Part shown: piece after piece, positions 10,557 to 20,209 of the stretch
Layout of the letters: each line of letters begins with the position of its first letter
How positions within the stretch are numbered: position 1 is the stretch's first letter
NCBI GenBank assembly: GCA_963823555.1
Contig: CAWGMA010000003.1
Span: 704,001 to 768,000, forward strand
Direction of reading: 5' to 3'
Length of the DNA stretch: 64,000 nucleotides
Source: Candidatus Eiseniibacteriota bacterium
Lineage (GTDB): Bacteria; Eisenbacteria; RBG-16-71-46; CAVPCR01
The notes under the pieces: model-generated
Seen by the model: only the letters and a program-made list of their open reading frames with translations
What the model was told of the DNA's origin: nothing
Databases searched by the model: none
Program-made: the position numbers and the translations under genes

Positions 10557-10705
10557 ATCGGACCCGAGCCGATGGTGACGCCGCCATAAGGGCCGTGGTA
10601 GGGGCCGCCGATGGGGACGGTCATGCTCACCGAGCCCACACAGCTCAGGAGGGCGAGCGATGTCAGGATCGCCGCCAGCAAGAGGGTTCGCATCGCGCGA
10701 TTCAT
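10547..10705 (-). CDS. Small (52 aa) Gly-rich lipoprotein
   Basis: AGGAGG RBS; MNRAMRTLLLAAILTSLALLSC lipobox; directly downstream of the VOC gene. Confidence 0.7.
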   Translation of the reverse strand: MNRAMRTLLLAAILTSLALLSCVGSVSMTVPIGGPYHGPYGGVTIGSGPIYW

Positions 10706-10719
10706 GATCGTTCGCCTCC

Positions 10720-11595
10720 TCAGAAGGGGTACTTCTGCAGCGCGAGGGCTGCGCCCGTCGGATCGGCCACGATGGCCGTGCTCGCGTTCCGGACATCGGG
10801 CTGCGGTTCGAAGATGATCTCGCCGCCGAGAGAGCGGGCCTTGGCGACGGCGGTCGCCGCGTCCGCCACCCGGACATAAGGCAGCCAGTTCGGGGTCACC
10901 TTGGGCCATGGCGACTTGAAGACGCCGGCTCGCTCCTTGCCGCCGGCGACGAATAGCTCGTATCCCGGCTTGTGCTCGCGATGATCGTAGCCCGCGACCT
11001 GGCGATAGAAGGCGAAGGCAGACTCGACGTCGCCTGCCACATAGTCGCGCCACAGGAACTCACCGATCTGGGGCTCCCGGCCATCCGCTGGATCTCCGTT
11101 CTCCGAGCGGATGAGACCGAGCGGCGCTCCCTGGGGATCGGCAACGACCGCGACACGACCAAGACCCTTCAAATCGGCAGGGCCTCCATAGACGGACCCC
11201 CCGTTGCGGAACATGTCCGCCGCCGCGTCGACATCCGCAACCGACATGAAGCTCACCCACTGTGAGACATCGGGCAGTGTCGGTGTCGGTTTCATGAGGG
11301 CCATGGCACCCACGGGATGCCCACCCGAGCGAATCAGCGTGTAGGTGCCGCCATCGCCGATGTCCTCGAACTCCCAGCCGAGGAGCTCCCCGTAGAAGCG
11401 TTGGGCGGCGGCAGGGTCATCCGTGAAGAGCGTGTGCCAGACGAATTTCCCGGGAATGTGGGGCGCCGTCGGCGGCTCGGTGATCGGAGGCAGGTTGGAG
11501 GCGCAGGCCGCGACCAGCATGATCAGGACCGCAGCGAGGCCGAGGGGGCGGATGGCGTGTGGTCGCTTCCGTCCCGATGTCGAAGAAGGCAGCAT
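10720..11595 (-). CDS. VOC/glyoxalase-family lipoprotein (two domains)
   Basis: LVAAC lipobox; GKFVWHTL...FYGELLGW, ADPQGA, WLPYVRV, ADPTGA. Confidence 0.85.
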   Translation of the reverse strand: MLPSSTSGRKRPHAIRPLGLAAVLIMLVAACASNLPPITEPPTAPHIPGKFVWHTLFTDDPAAAQRFYGELLGWEFEDIGDGGTYTLIRSGGHPVGAMALMKPTPTLPDVSQWVSFMSVADVDAAADMFRNGGSVYGGPADLKGLGRVAVVADPQGAPLGLIRSENGDPADGREPQIGEFLWRDYVAGDVESAFAFYRQVAGYDHREHKPGYELFVAGGKERAGVFKSPWPKVTPNWLPYVRVADAATAVAKARSLGGEIIFEPQPDVRNASTAIVADPTGAALALQKYPF

Positions 11596-11708
11596 CGATC
11601 ATCCTCCCATGGATCGGGCCCCGATCAGAGGGGCGCCGGAAGAGGCAAAATGTGGCGCCGGGCGGAGAAGATGTCAAGCCGAGCCAGTCCTCCTGTTCAC
11701 GTCCGTTG

Positions 11709-12896
11709 CTAGCGAAGGATCAGAACACGTTGCGGATCGCCGAGGAACATGCAGTCGGTATTGGTGATCAGCACATCTTCCTCCAGGCCGACATAGCCGT
11801 ATCCTGGCACGGCGAGCCCGGGCTCGACCGTGTAGACATGACCGGGTTCGAGGCGGCGAAAGGGGCCTTCGCCGTAGCGCTCCCAGGCCGGACCCAGGAC
11901 CCCGCCACCATCATGGGCGTTCTGTCCTAGATGATGGCCCGTCGCGTATTTGTACTCGTCATAACCGGCGCCGGTGATGACCGCGCGGGCCGCGGCGTCC
12001 ACCTCGACCCCGGTGCGACCGGGCCGCATGATGTGCATCGCCGCGGCAATCGCCTCGACCACGGTCTGGAAACCCCGCGCCACCGGTTCCGGGGCGCTCG
12101 TCTCCCCGGGGGCGAGCAGATACACGACCCGTTGGATGTCCGAGCAGTACCCGTCCTGGCGCACGCCGAAATCGAAGTGCACGATCTGCCCGCGCTCGAG
12201 GCGGAGATCGCCGGGCGCACCATGACCAACGGGAGAATCGGGGCCGGCGTTGACCGCGGGACAGCCATCCGCATCCCAGGCGGGCTCGACACCGAGTTCG
12301 GCCATCTGCTGGTGCATGAAGGCGCCCACCTCACGCTCGGTCATGCCCGGCTGCATGAAATCGAACGTCTGCTCGTAGATGCGGTTCGTGGTCTCGACGG
12401 CGGCGCGAATGCGGTCGATCTCGCCCGGGGTCTTGCGCCCCCGGAGCGCTCCGATGATGTCCTCGGCACCTACCAGCCGCCCCGCGTACGGCGTGTCCGC
12501 GAGATAGCCGAGCAGGAGCTGATGCATGCCATGAGTGAGACCATCGGCTCCGACATCGTTGAGGGAGTGGTTGATGGCGATCCGGCCCGGGCGCAGGCCA
12601 TCGAGCACCTCGAGTAGGTGTGGGCGAATGGACTCGTGGTAGGGGATCACGGTCGAGTAGATGCCTGCAGCGGCCACGGCATGCGCCTCGTAGTGGCCGA
12701 CAATGGCGATGCGCTCGCCCGAGCGGGAGAGGATGAGAGCGCTCTGCCAGGTGAGGTTGTGCGGGCCGAAGATGAGCGACAGGATCGGATCCCGCATGGC
12801 GCTCGTCTCGCGCACGAAGGTGAGCCAGGCATCGATGCCGGTCTCGCCGAGGATGTCGCTGGCTTGTTCGACTTTCTCGTGGATCAGTGTCGACAT
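11709..12896 (-). CDS. M24 Xaa-Pro aminopeptidase
   Basis: DFGV...YCSDIQR, GHHLG..AHD, YTVEPG, GLEEDV; GGAGG RBS. Confidence 0.92.
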   Translation of the reverse strand: MSTLIHEKVEQASDILGETGIDAWLTFVRETSAMRDPILSLIFGPHNLTWQSALILSRSGERIAIVGHYEAHAVAAAGIYSTVIPYHESIRPHLLEVLDGLRPGRIAINHSLNDVGADGLTHGMHQLLLGYLADTPYAGRLVGAEDIIGALRGRKTPGEIDRIRAAVETTNRIYEQTFDFMQPGMTEREVGAFMHQQMAELGVEPAWDADGCPAVNAGPDSPVGHGAPGDLRLERGQIVHFDFGVRQDGYCSDIQRVVYLLAPGETSAPEPVARGFQTVVEAIAAAMHIMRPGRTGVEVDAAARAVITGAGYDEYKYATGHHLGQNAHDGGGVLGPAWERYGEGPFRRLEPGHVYTVEPGLAVPGYGYVGLEEDVLITNTDCMFLGDPQRVLILR

Positions 12897-12995
12897 CGGT
12901 CTCCTCCTGGCCGGCGGAACATCCCAGGTTCTGGTCCAAGGCGACCACTCTAGCGCAGGGCCGTCACCGCGCCCAGGGCGACGCCCGGGGCGAAG

Positions 12996-13004
12996 TGGTA
13001 GAAT
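12996..13004 (+). promoter_or_regulatory. Extended -10 element
   Basis: TGGTAGAAT, ~50 nt upstream of ATG 13053. Confidence 0.45.
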
Positions 13005-13052
13005 CGTAACGATGCGCGACGCTCGCGTGTCAAGGAAACAACGGAGGATCGC

Positions 13053-14798
13053 ATGCTGCGGACCGGTTGGCTCTTGCTCCTTGCGCTCGTCACCTTCTCC
13101 CTGTTCGCCGGCTCGCCCGCGACCGCCCAGTGGTCCTCCGATCCGGCCCTGAACTTCGCCATCGCCGACCGTACCTCCGAGCAGGTGCTGCCGAAGATCG
13201 CACCCACCGCCGACGGCGGGCTCTATGTGGGCTGGTTCGATCTCGCCAGCGGCAACTATGACGTCTACCTGCAGCGTCTCGACCGCGACGGGATGGAGCA
13301 GTGGCCGCACAACGGCATTCTGGTGAGCGCCAATGTCCAGAACACGTCGCTCGTGGACTGGGATCTGATCGCCGACTCGAGCGACAACGCGGTCCTCGTC
13401 TTCACCGACATCCGCACCGGGGGGGACCTCGATGTCTATGCCTATCGCGTAACCCCTGCGGGGCAGATGCTGTGGGGGGCGAACGGGGTTGCGCTCTCCA
13501 TGAACGACGACTTCGAGCCGGCTCCGCGTGTTGCCGAGGCCGGCGACGGCGACTTCGTCTTCATCTGGTCACGGCTTCCGGACGCCGCCGAAGCCGCCAT
13601 CATGATGCAGCGCCTGGCGCCGGATGGCACGCCGAGGCTCGCCGCGGGGGGCATCCCGGTGGTCGCCCAGAGCGGCGAGGATCCGGCTTTCTGCGCCATC
13701 GTCCCAGCCGAAGACGGCAATGTCATCGTTTCCTGGGTGCGTGACATCACCGTCTTCCAGAGCCCGCGCCACGTGCGAGCGCGGAAGTTCGACCCTGACG
13801 GGGTGCCCCTGTGGCCTGTCGTTATGGTGTTCGACGCCATCTCGGTGCCCATCGCCTACACGCCGCAGCTCAAGGCCGACGGGATGGGGGGCGCCATCGT
13901 GCTCTGGCACCGGAGCTCGGGGAACCTCTACAACTCGCTCGTGCAGCGCCTCGATGCCACGGGCACCGAGCTCTTCCCACACAACGGCATCACGGTCTCC
14001 CTCGAAGGCACCCGGCATCATCTCGATCCGGCCATGGCGCTCGATCCGCCGAGCGGCAACCTGGTCGTCGTCTGGAACGAGCGCAACGCGAATCAGTCGC
14101 AGTGGGGCATCTACGCCCAGAAGCTGTCGGTGGCCGGAGCCCGGCTGTGGGGCAATGACGGGATCGAGCTCCTCCCGGTCAATACGATCTGGAAGTCACC
14201 GCCGCGCTGCGCGCCGCTCGATGGCGGGGCCGTCGTCTTTCTCAGCGACGAGCCCACCGGTCAGTTCGCACGGGATCGGGTCCTGGGCATGCGCCTGGAT
14301 GCCAACGGGGCCCAGGTCTGGCCGAGCTCACCGCTCGTTGTCTCCTCGGTGTTGAGCAGTAAGTCACGCCTGCCCGTGGTTATTGACGGGGATGGCCGGG
14401 CCCTCATGGTGTGGGAGGATGATCGCAGCGGCACCGTCGACATCTACGGGCAGAACGTGAATCCGGACGGGACCCTGGGGCCCGCGTCAACCGGAGTCGA
14501 GGACCCGCTCGCAGCGCCGCCGGGGCGCCTCGTGCTGGCGCAGAACGAGCCCAACCCGTTTGCCGGCACGACCACGATTGCGGTCGCGCGTGGAGATGGC
14601 CGGCATCAGGGCGGGATCGAGATCTTCGATGCCGTGGGGCGGGTCGTCAGGCGCCTCGAGCTTCCCGCCGGCGCGCGCGCGGTCGTTTGGAACGGTCGTG
14701 GCGAGGATGGGGAGGGCCTCCCCAGCGGCACTTACTTCTACCGGCTGGTAGGGGATGAGCCGGGCACGGCCACCCGGAAGGCTGTCCTCCTCCATTAG
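13053..14798 (+). CDS. Secreted repeat (probable beta-propeller) protein with FlgD-Ig/T9SS-CTD-like domain
   Basis: Signal peptide; repeated YxQRLDxxG..W units; C-terminal QNEPNPF...IFDAVGRVVRRL...WNGRGEDG..LPSGTYFYRL. Confidence 0.85.
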   Translation: MLRTGWLLLLALVTFSLFAGSPATAQWSSDPALNFAIADRTSEQVLPKIAPTADGGLYVGWFDLASGNYDVYLQRLDRDGMEQWPHNGILVSANVQNTSLVDWDLIADSSDNAVLVFTDIRTGGDLDVYAYRVTPAGQMLWGANGVALSMNDDFEPAPRVAEAGDGDFVFIWSRLPDAAEAAIMMQRLAPDGTPRLAAGGIPVVAQSGEDPAFCAIVPAEDGNVIVSWVRDITVFQSPRHVRARKFDPDGVPLWPVVMVFDAISVPIAYTPQLKADGMGGAIVLWHRSSGNLYNSLVQRLDATGTELFPHNGITVSLEGTRHHLDPAMALDPPSGNLVVVWNERNANQSQWGIYAQKLSVAGARLWGNDGIELLPVNTIWKSPPRCAPLDGGAVVFLSDEPTGQFARDRVLGMRLDANGAQVWPSSPLVVSSVLSSKSRLPVVIDGDGRALMVWEDDRSGTVDIYGQNVNPDGTLGPASTGVEDPLAAPPGRLVLAQNEPNPFAGTTTIAVARGDGRHQGGIEIFDAVGRVVRRLELPAGARAVVWNGRGEDGEGLPSGTYFYRLVGDEPGTATRKAVLLH

Positions 14799-14936
14799 GC
14801 AGCATTCAGCTATCGACTGGTTTTCCGTTAGGAGATGGTAAGCGCTTCGGGCTTCCGACAGCGGTCGCCTCGGCGCCACTCCCCCTCGCATGGGCTGGTC
14901 CGGATCAGGGCGCATCCCCCGCGTGGAGGGAAAGCC

Positions 14937-15725
14937 ATGTTGGGCACCATCTTCTCCTATCTGGCCGAGCGACCGCTGATCGAAGAGGTGGGTCCTTCGG
15001 CGCGGCGATTGACACGCCAGGACGACCGCCGCCGGATGGCGACCGCCCTCCTCTGGGCCGCTGTCTTCCACTTCTCCCTGGCGTCCGTCTGGATGGGTGC
15101 CCGTTTCCGGACCGGACCCGAAGAAGAAGTCATCTACACGACCGTCACCTTCGACAACATCCTCCCGCCCCAGTCGCTCCGGGAAAAGCCCGAACCTCCC
15201 CGGCCTCCCGTGTTTGCCCCGCGGGCGAAGCCGCCGTCCGCCCCGCCCGCGGGCGAGCCGGTTCCGGTTCCCGCCGTCGCCGCCGAGGCGCTGACGATCT
15301 CCGATCAGATCCAGAACACGATGGTCGGCGCCACGACGGATACCGGCCTCGGAGATCATGGTTCAGCGGGTGATCTGCTTGGAGCTGGAGCGGGAGGTGC
15401 GCTCATCGTCATCGATGACGGTGCCGAACGTCCTGACCCGAAGGCTCCGGCCTTCGTCGAGAAGGAACCTGAGCTCGTCACCGGGACGCCGCCGGTCTAT
15501 CCGGAACTGGCGCGGTTGTCGCAGATCGAGGGGACGGTCGTGGTGCGCGCGCTGGTGGGGAGGGATGGCCGCGTGCAGGAGACGCTCCTCGTGCGTGGTG
15601 TGCACGATCTCCTCGATCGCGCCGCACTCGAGGCGGCCACGAGCTACGTGTTCCTGCCGGCCATCCAGAATGAGCGTCCGGTGGCGGTCTGGGTGTCGAT
15701 CCCCTTCCGCTTCACGCTACGTTAG
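14937..15725 (+). CDS. tonB: Energy transducer TonB
   Basis: Single TM segment, Pro-rich linker, TonB_C (PVYPELARLSQIEGTVVV...LDRAALEA...F.PA...PFRFTL). Confidence 0.88.
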   Translation: MLGTIFSYLAERPLIEEVGPSARRLTRQDDRRRMATALLWAAVFHFSLASVWMGARFRTGPEEEVIYTTVTFDNILPPQSLREKPEPPRPPVFAPRAKPPSAPPAGEPVPVPAVAAEALTISDQIQNTMVGATTDTGLGDHGSAGDLLGAGAGGALIVIDDGAERPDPKAPAFVEKEPELVTGTPPVYPELARLSQIEGTVVVRALVGRDGRVQETLLVRGVHDLLDRAALEAATSYVFLPAIQNERPVAVWVSIPFRFTLR

Positions 15726-15760
15726 ACAAGGGCCCGAGCAGCAGGGCCGGTCCCCGGCTC

Positions 15761-17632
15761 CTAGCTCGGGGTCTCGCTGATCGGTCGTCCATCGACATGC
15801 CGGGCTACGTCGGTGTGATGGGCGACGAGACGTTCGATCCGGGCGTGGAACCTCTCGAGCTGTCCCCGGACCTGATCGCGGAATCTCTTTTCCAGGCCAG
15901 CGCACTCGCGGCGCCCCGTCTCGAGGAGCACGGCGGCGTTGTGCCGGATGGCGGTCAAGTCTCCCGGGCGATGCGCTATCAGACGCTGAGCGGCGGTGGT
16001 GAGGAGGTCCCCGGTGCGGTACCCGCCGGTCTCGGCCAGGGCATGACGGGCGCCCTGGCAGAAGCGCTCGAAGTGGGCGAGCGAGTCCTCGAAGAAGGTC
16101 TGGATGCGCACCACGCGCAGTGCCTGGTCCGCCGCCGTGATCTGGTGGTGCCCGAGCACCGCGAGCTTGAAAGCGTAGACGAAGCGTCGCGGGTGGCGGG
16201 TGAGCACGGCACTCAGGAAGCGCCAGTAGTGGCGCCGGTAGGAGCTCATGACCCCCTGGCGCCACACGGCGCGGAACATCGCGTTCACATAGATGCCATC
16301 GATGGGCGTCGATGTGAGGGGCCTTCGAGTCTGATGCCGCATCATGGTGAGACACCGCTCGAAGAAACGATCGGCTCGGTTCAAGGTGGCGACGATCTTC
16401 TCGTGGCGAGCGAAGAGTTCCTCGGGGTCGATGTTCGGAACGAAGCTCAGCTCCCGGCTCACGAGCCCGGAATCACCGGTGTACTTGACTCCCTCCACGA
16501 GGCGCCCCAGCCGCTGGTAGCGCTTGTAGTCGGGGGTATCGGGCAGGACCCCGAGGATGCCGGCCATGGCCACCGGAATGCCGGCTTCCTGGACGAAATC
16601 GATGGTCTTCTCGGCGATATCCGGCGGATCCGTATCGAGGCCGACGATGAATCCAGCCTGGACGTGGAACCCGTAGCTCTGGAGTGTCCGGACCTTGGCG
16701 ATGAGATCGGTGTCGCCCTGCAGGTTCTTCTGCGCGCCCATGAACCTGAGGCTGTCGGCCGACGGCGATTCGATGCCCACGAACACCGTCTCGAAGCCGC
16801 CGTCGCGCATGGCCTCCATGAGGAGCGGGTCATCGCAGAGACGAATGCTGGCCTGGGTGTAGAGCTGGAAGGGATAGCCTCGCTCTCGCTGCCAGGGAAT
16901 GATCTCCTGCTCGAGGATGGTGCGGATCGCCGTGCGGTTGCCGACGAAGTTGTCGTCGACGGCCATGACGAGCCCCCGCCAGCCGGCGTCGTAGAGGGCA
17001 CTGAGCTCGCGGGTGGTGCGGCTGGCGCTGCGGAGCCGCGTGGTCTTGCCGTAGAGGCTGGGAATGTTGCAGAAGGTGCAGCTCTCGGGGCAACCGCGCG
17101 TGATCTGCACCATCATGGTCGCGTAGTCGTTCAGGTCGATCAGGTCCCAGCGCGGGAGCGGCGTGTTCTCCAGGTCGAGGAACTGGCCGCGCCGGTCGAC
17201 GATCCGCCGGCGCCTTCCCGCCTCGGGGTCGCGCATCATCTCCTCGAGCACATCGAGGAAGCCGTTCTCGGCCTCGCCCAGGTAGAAGACCGCGTCCCCG
17301 GCGATGTCGGCATGGTACTGAGTGGGGAGCGGGCCACCGCAGAGGATGGGCCGGCCGAGGGCGTTGGCGCGGGCGATGATCTCCTCGAGCGAGGGCCAGT
17401 GGATGATCATGGACGAGGTGATGATGGCATCCGCCCAGATCATGTCCTCGTCGTTGAGCGGGTCGGCGTTCAGGTCGACGAGCCGGAGGTCGTAATCAGC
17501 AGGCAGGAGCCCCGCCACGGTGAGAAGGCCGAGCGGCGGAAAGACGGACTTGCGGCCGATCAGCTCGAGCGAGGAGTCATAGCTCCAGAACGTGACCGGG
17601 TTCTTGGGATAGACGAGGAGAACCTTCGGCAT
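15761..17632 (-). CDS. B12-binding radical SAM protein, HpnP-like/DUF4070 architecture
   Basis: TFWSY...FPPLGLLTVA, RGCPESCTFC, VDDNFVGN, GFIVGLDTD; DUF4070-like C-terminus (QGV...YWRFL). Confidence 0.88.
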   Translation of the reverse strand: MPKVLLVYPKNPVTFWSYDSSLELIGRKSVFPPLGLLTVAGLLPADYDLRLVDLNADPLNDEDMIWADAIITSSMIIHWPSLEEIIARANALGRPILCGGPLPTQYHADIAGDAVFYLGEAENGFLDVLEEMMRDPEAGRRRRIVDRRGQFLDLENTPLPRWDLIDLNDYATMMVQITRGCPESCTFCNIPSLYGKTTRLRSASRTTRELSALYDAGWRGLVMAVDDNFVGNRTAIRTILEQEIIPWQRERGYPFQLYTQASIRLCDDPLLMEAMRDGGFETVFVGIESPSADSLRFMGAQKNLQGDTDLIAKVRTLQSYGFHVQAGFIVGLDTDPPDIAEKTIDFVQEAGIPVAMAGILGVLPDTPDYKRYQRLGRLVEGVKYTGDSGLVSRELSFVPNIDPEELFARHEKIVATLNRADRFFERCLTMMRHQTRRPLTSTPIDGIYVNAMFRAVWRQGVMSSYRRHYWRFLSAVLTRHPRRFVYAFKLAVLGHHQITAADQALRVVRIQTFFEDSLAHFERFCQGARHALAETGGYRTGDLLTTAAQRLIAHRPGDLTAIRHNAAVLLETGRRECAGLEKRFRDQVRGQLERFHARIERLVAHHTDVARHVDGRPISETPS

Positions 17633-17791
17633 CGCTATCCTCTTGTTGATCCGCCACTACGGGCGGGGCCATCTGGGGCGCGACCTGGGGCGGGTCGGTT
17701 GCGGGGGGAAGGCGGGATCCTAGCAGCATGCCGTCGGCAAGGCCAGCTGCAAGTACCGGCCCCCCCTCCGGAGCGCATCCGCAGCCCGCTG

Positions 17792-17800
17792 TGGTAAGAT
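17792..17800 (+). promoter_or_regulatory. Extended -10 element for the dsrC-like operon
   Basis: TGGTAAGAT, 33 nt before ATG 17833. Confidence 0.45.
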
Positions 17801-17832
17801 GGAAAGCTCGTATGTCCTTGCTGGGAGGTGGT

Positions 17833-18153
17833 ATGCCATTCGTCGAAATGAACGGCCGCAAGCTCGAGGTCAACGAGGAGGGGTTCCTCGTCCATCCCGA
17901 GGAGTGGAACCAGGAAGTGGCCCTCATCCTTGCCCGCGCCGAGGAGCAGATCGACGCCCTCGGCCCCGAACACTGGGCGGTTATCGACACCATCCGGACC
18001 TACTATGAGGAGAAACAGATCGCTCCGATGATCCGCCTTCTGTGCAAGAGCTCGGGTGTCCCGCTCAAGCGGATCTACGAGCTCTTTCCGTCAGGTCCGG
18101 CCAAGGGTGCCTGCAAGCTCGCCGGGTTGCCCAAGCCGGACGGGTGCGTCTAG
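17833..18153 (+). CDS. dsrC: DsrC/TusE-family sulfur relay protein with both C-terminal cysteines
   Basis: EEGFL...W...EHWAVI...YELFPSGPAKGACKLAGLPKPDGCV; GGAGG RBS. Confidence 0.92.
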   Translation: MPFVEMNGRKLEVNEEGFLVHPEEWNQEVALILARAEEQIDALGPEHWAVIDTIRTYYEEKQIAPMIRLLCKSSGVPLKRIYELFPSGPAKGACKLAGLPKPDGCV

Positions 18154-18167
18154 GGGGCAGCGCGGCG

Positions 18168-18803
18168 ATGGTTCCTGGGGTGCCGGCTGGAATCGAAACC
18201 TGGGCCTTGCTCTCCGCCCTGTGGGCCCTGGCCGGGATGACCTTCCTCGTGGTGCGGACGTTCTCCTATGCTCGCAAGCCGTACCTGGCCGAGGCGAGCG
18301 GCAGCGCCGCAGGCGGTATTCTCTACGCCTTCGGCCCCGGGATGTCGCCCACGGCCAAGGAGAGCGTGCGCGAGCACCTGCCGACCTACTTCGCCGGGAT
18401 CGGCTACCACCTGGGGATCTTCGTGGCCCTGGCCACGTTCCTGCTCGTGGTGAGCGGAATCGGGGTGCCGGCGCCCATCCGCTGGCCGGCCGGTGCCCTC
18501 CTCGGAGCGGGTTTCGCTGCGGGTCTCTTTCTCATGGCCCGGCGTGCCGCCGATCGGGGTCTGCGGGCGCTGAGTCTGCCCGATGACTACGTCGCCAATA
18601 TTCTCACCGATCTTCTCGTTCTCTCTGCCCTCGTGTTCGTGTTCGATCCGGCCGCGGCTCCGGTCTTCCTCGGTGTCGCCATCCCGTTCTTCATCTACCT
18701 GCCGCTCGGGAAGGTGCGGCATTGCATCTTCTTCTTCGTGAGCCGGACCCTGTTCGGCGCCCTCTATGGTCGCCGCAACGCCTTCCCACCGGGCGGTCAT
18801 TAG
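18168..18803 (+). CDS. DsrM/NarI/HdrE-like membrane protein
   Basis: About 5 TM helices; YHLGIF, S.PDDY and YLPLGKVRH motifs; lies between dsrC and the Fe-S gene. Confidence 0.7.
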   Translation: MVPGVPAGIETWALLSALWALAGMTFLVVRTFSYARKPYLAEASGSAAGGILYAFGPGMSPTAKESVREHLPTYFAGIGYHLGIFVALATFLLVVSGIGVPAPIRWPAGALLGAGFAAGLFLMARRAADRGLRALSLPDDYVANILTDLLVLSALVFVFDPAAAPVFLGVAIPFFIYLPLGKVRHCIFFFVSRTLFGALYGRRNAFPPGGH

Positions 18804-18822
18804 GTTGCAGCAAGAGACCACG

Positions 18823-20163
18823 ATGCAGCAGAGCGGCAACGGCGATTCATACAGCGAGCGGCTCGAGAACCTGACATCTGAGGATGGGCGCCAGGTCCGG
18901 GATGCATTTCTCGCGCGTCTCGATGCTCGCGCGGCAGCCTACCTCAACGCCTGCGTGCGCTGCGGGCTGTGTGCCGGCGCTTGCCACTACTACCGAACCG
19001 ATGGCGAGGTCGATTCCATCCCGGCTCGCAAGCTCGAGCTCCTGGCCAGCGCCTTCCGTCGCGAGCGCACGCTACTCGGGCGTCTGATGCCGGAGCTCGC
19101 CGGCGCGCAGGAGCTCACTCCTGAACACGTGCGCCGGTGGGTGGACGCGCTCTTCGGGCGCTGCACGGTTTGTGGCCGGTGTGCTGTCAACTGCACGATC
19201 GGGATTCACCTTCCTGCCCTCTTTCGCGCCGGGCGTGGGGCGCTGGCGGCGGCTGGACTCCTGCCGCCCGATCTGGCGGCGACCATTGCCACGCATCGCG
19301 AGACCGGCAACAACATGGGGATCACCTCCGAGGATTGGGTCGAGACCGTGGAGTGGCTCGAGGAGGAGTTGCGCCTCGAGCCCGGATGCGCCGCGGCGCG
19401 CCTGCCGCTCGACGAGAAGGGGACGCGGATCCTCTACACGGTGAACCCGCGCGAGGCCAAGTTCTTCCCTCTCTCGCTGGTCGCGGCCGCCAAGATCTTC
19501 CATGCGGCTGGCGAGAGCTGGACCCTGAGCCGCACGCTTCCCGATCTCACCAACTGGGGCCTCTTCAGCGGGGATGCCGCCCTCGCGCGACCGCTGGCCG
19601 AGAAGCTCGTCGCGCTCATGGACCAGCTTGGAGCACAGATGCTCGTGGTCGGGGAGTGCGGCCACGGCTTCGCCTCCAATCGCTGGGAAGGGCCCGAATG
19701 GCTGGGGCGGCGCTACGGCTTCCCGGTCAAGAGCGTCCTCGAGATCTACGACGAGTACCTGGCGTCCGGAAAGCTCGAGCTCGATCCGACGCGCAATCCC
19801 GATCCGGTCACCCTTCACGATCCCTGCAACCTGGTGCGCATGGGTGGCGTGAGCATGCCGCAGCGCCGGGTGCTCGCCCGCTCGGTCCAGTTCTTCACCG
19901 AGATGGCGCCGCGGGGGCTGCACAACTTCTGCTGCGGCGGCGGGGGGGGACAGCTCGCCATGGGGCGCTACACAGCACGCCGCTTGAAGGCTGGTGGGGT
20001 CAAGGCCGAGCAGATCCGCGACACGGGGGCCCGTGTCGTCGCCGCGCCCTGCCACAATTGCATCGATCAAATCGCCGAGCTCAGCAAGCACTACAAGCTC
20101 GGCGTCGAGGTCAAGACGGTGGGGGAGATCCTCGCCGACGCGCTCGTGCTCGCCGACGCGTGA
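18823..20163 (+). CDS. DsrK/HdrD/TmcB-like Fe-S oxidoreductase with CCG domain
   Basis: CVRCGLCAGAC and CTVCGRCAVNC ferredoxin motifs; ECGH; HDPCN...CCGGGGG...PCHNC. Confidence 0.88.
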   Translation: MQQSGNGDSYSERLENLTSEDGRQVRDAFLARLDARAAAYLNACVRCGLCAGACHYYRTDGEVDSIPARKLELLASAFRRERTLLGRLMPELAGAQELTPEHVRRWVDALFGRCTVCGRCAVNCTIGIHLPALFRAGRGALAAAGLLPPDLAATIATHRETGNNMGITSEDWVETVEWLEEELRLEPGCAAARLPLDEKGTRILYTVNPREAKFFPLSLVAAAKIFHAAGESWTLSRTLPDLTNWGLFSGDAALARPLAEKLVALMDQLGAQMLVVGECGHGFASNRWEGPEWLGRRYGFPVKSVLEIYDEYLASGKLELDPTRNPDPVTLHDPCNLVRMGGVSMPQRRVLARSVQFFTEMAPRGLHNFCCGGGGGQLAMGRYTARRLKAGGVKAEQIRDTGARVVAAPCHNCIDQIAELSKHYKLGVEVKTVGEILADALVLADA

Positions 20164-20209
20164 GTCCGGGCAGCCGCCGGTCAGTCGACTTCGGCTCGCA
20201 CCCCATCGA

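Noticed and set aside
15797..17797. Long antisense ORFs (also 28752..30566, 30746..32671, 37968..39566, 49102..50712, 56902..58626, 59979..61520)
   Set aside because: They lie opposite well-supported genes, which is expected from high-GC codon bias.
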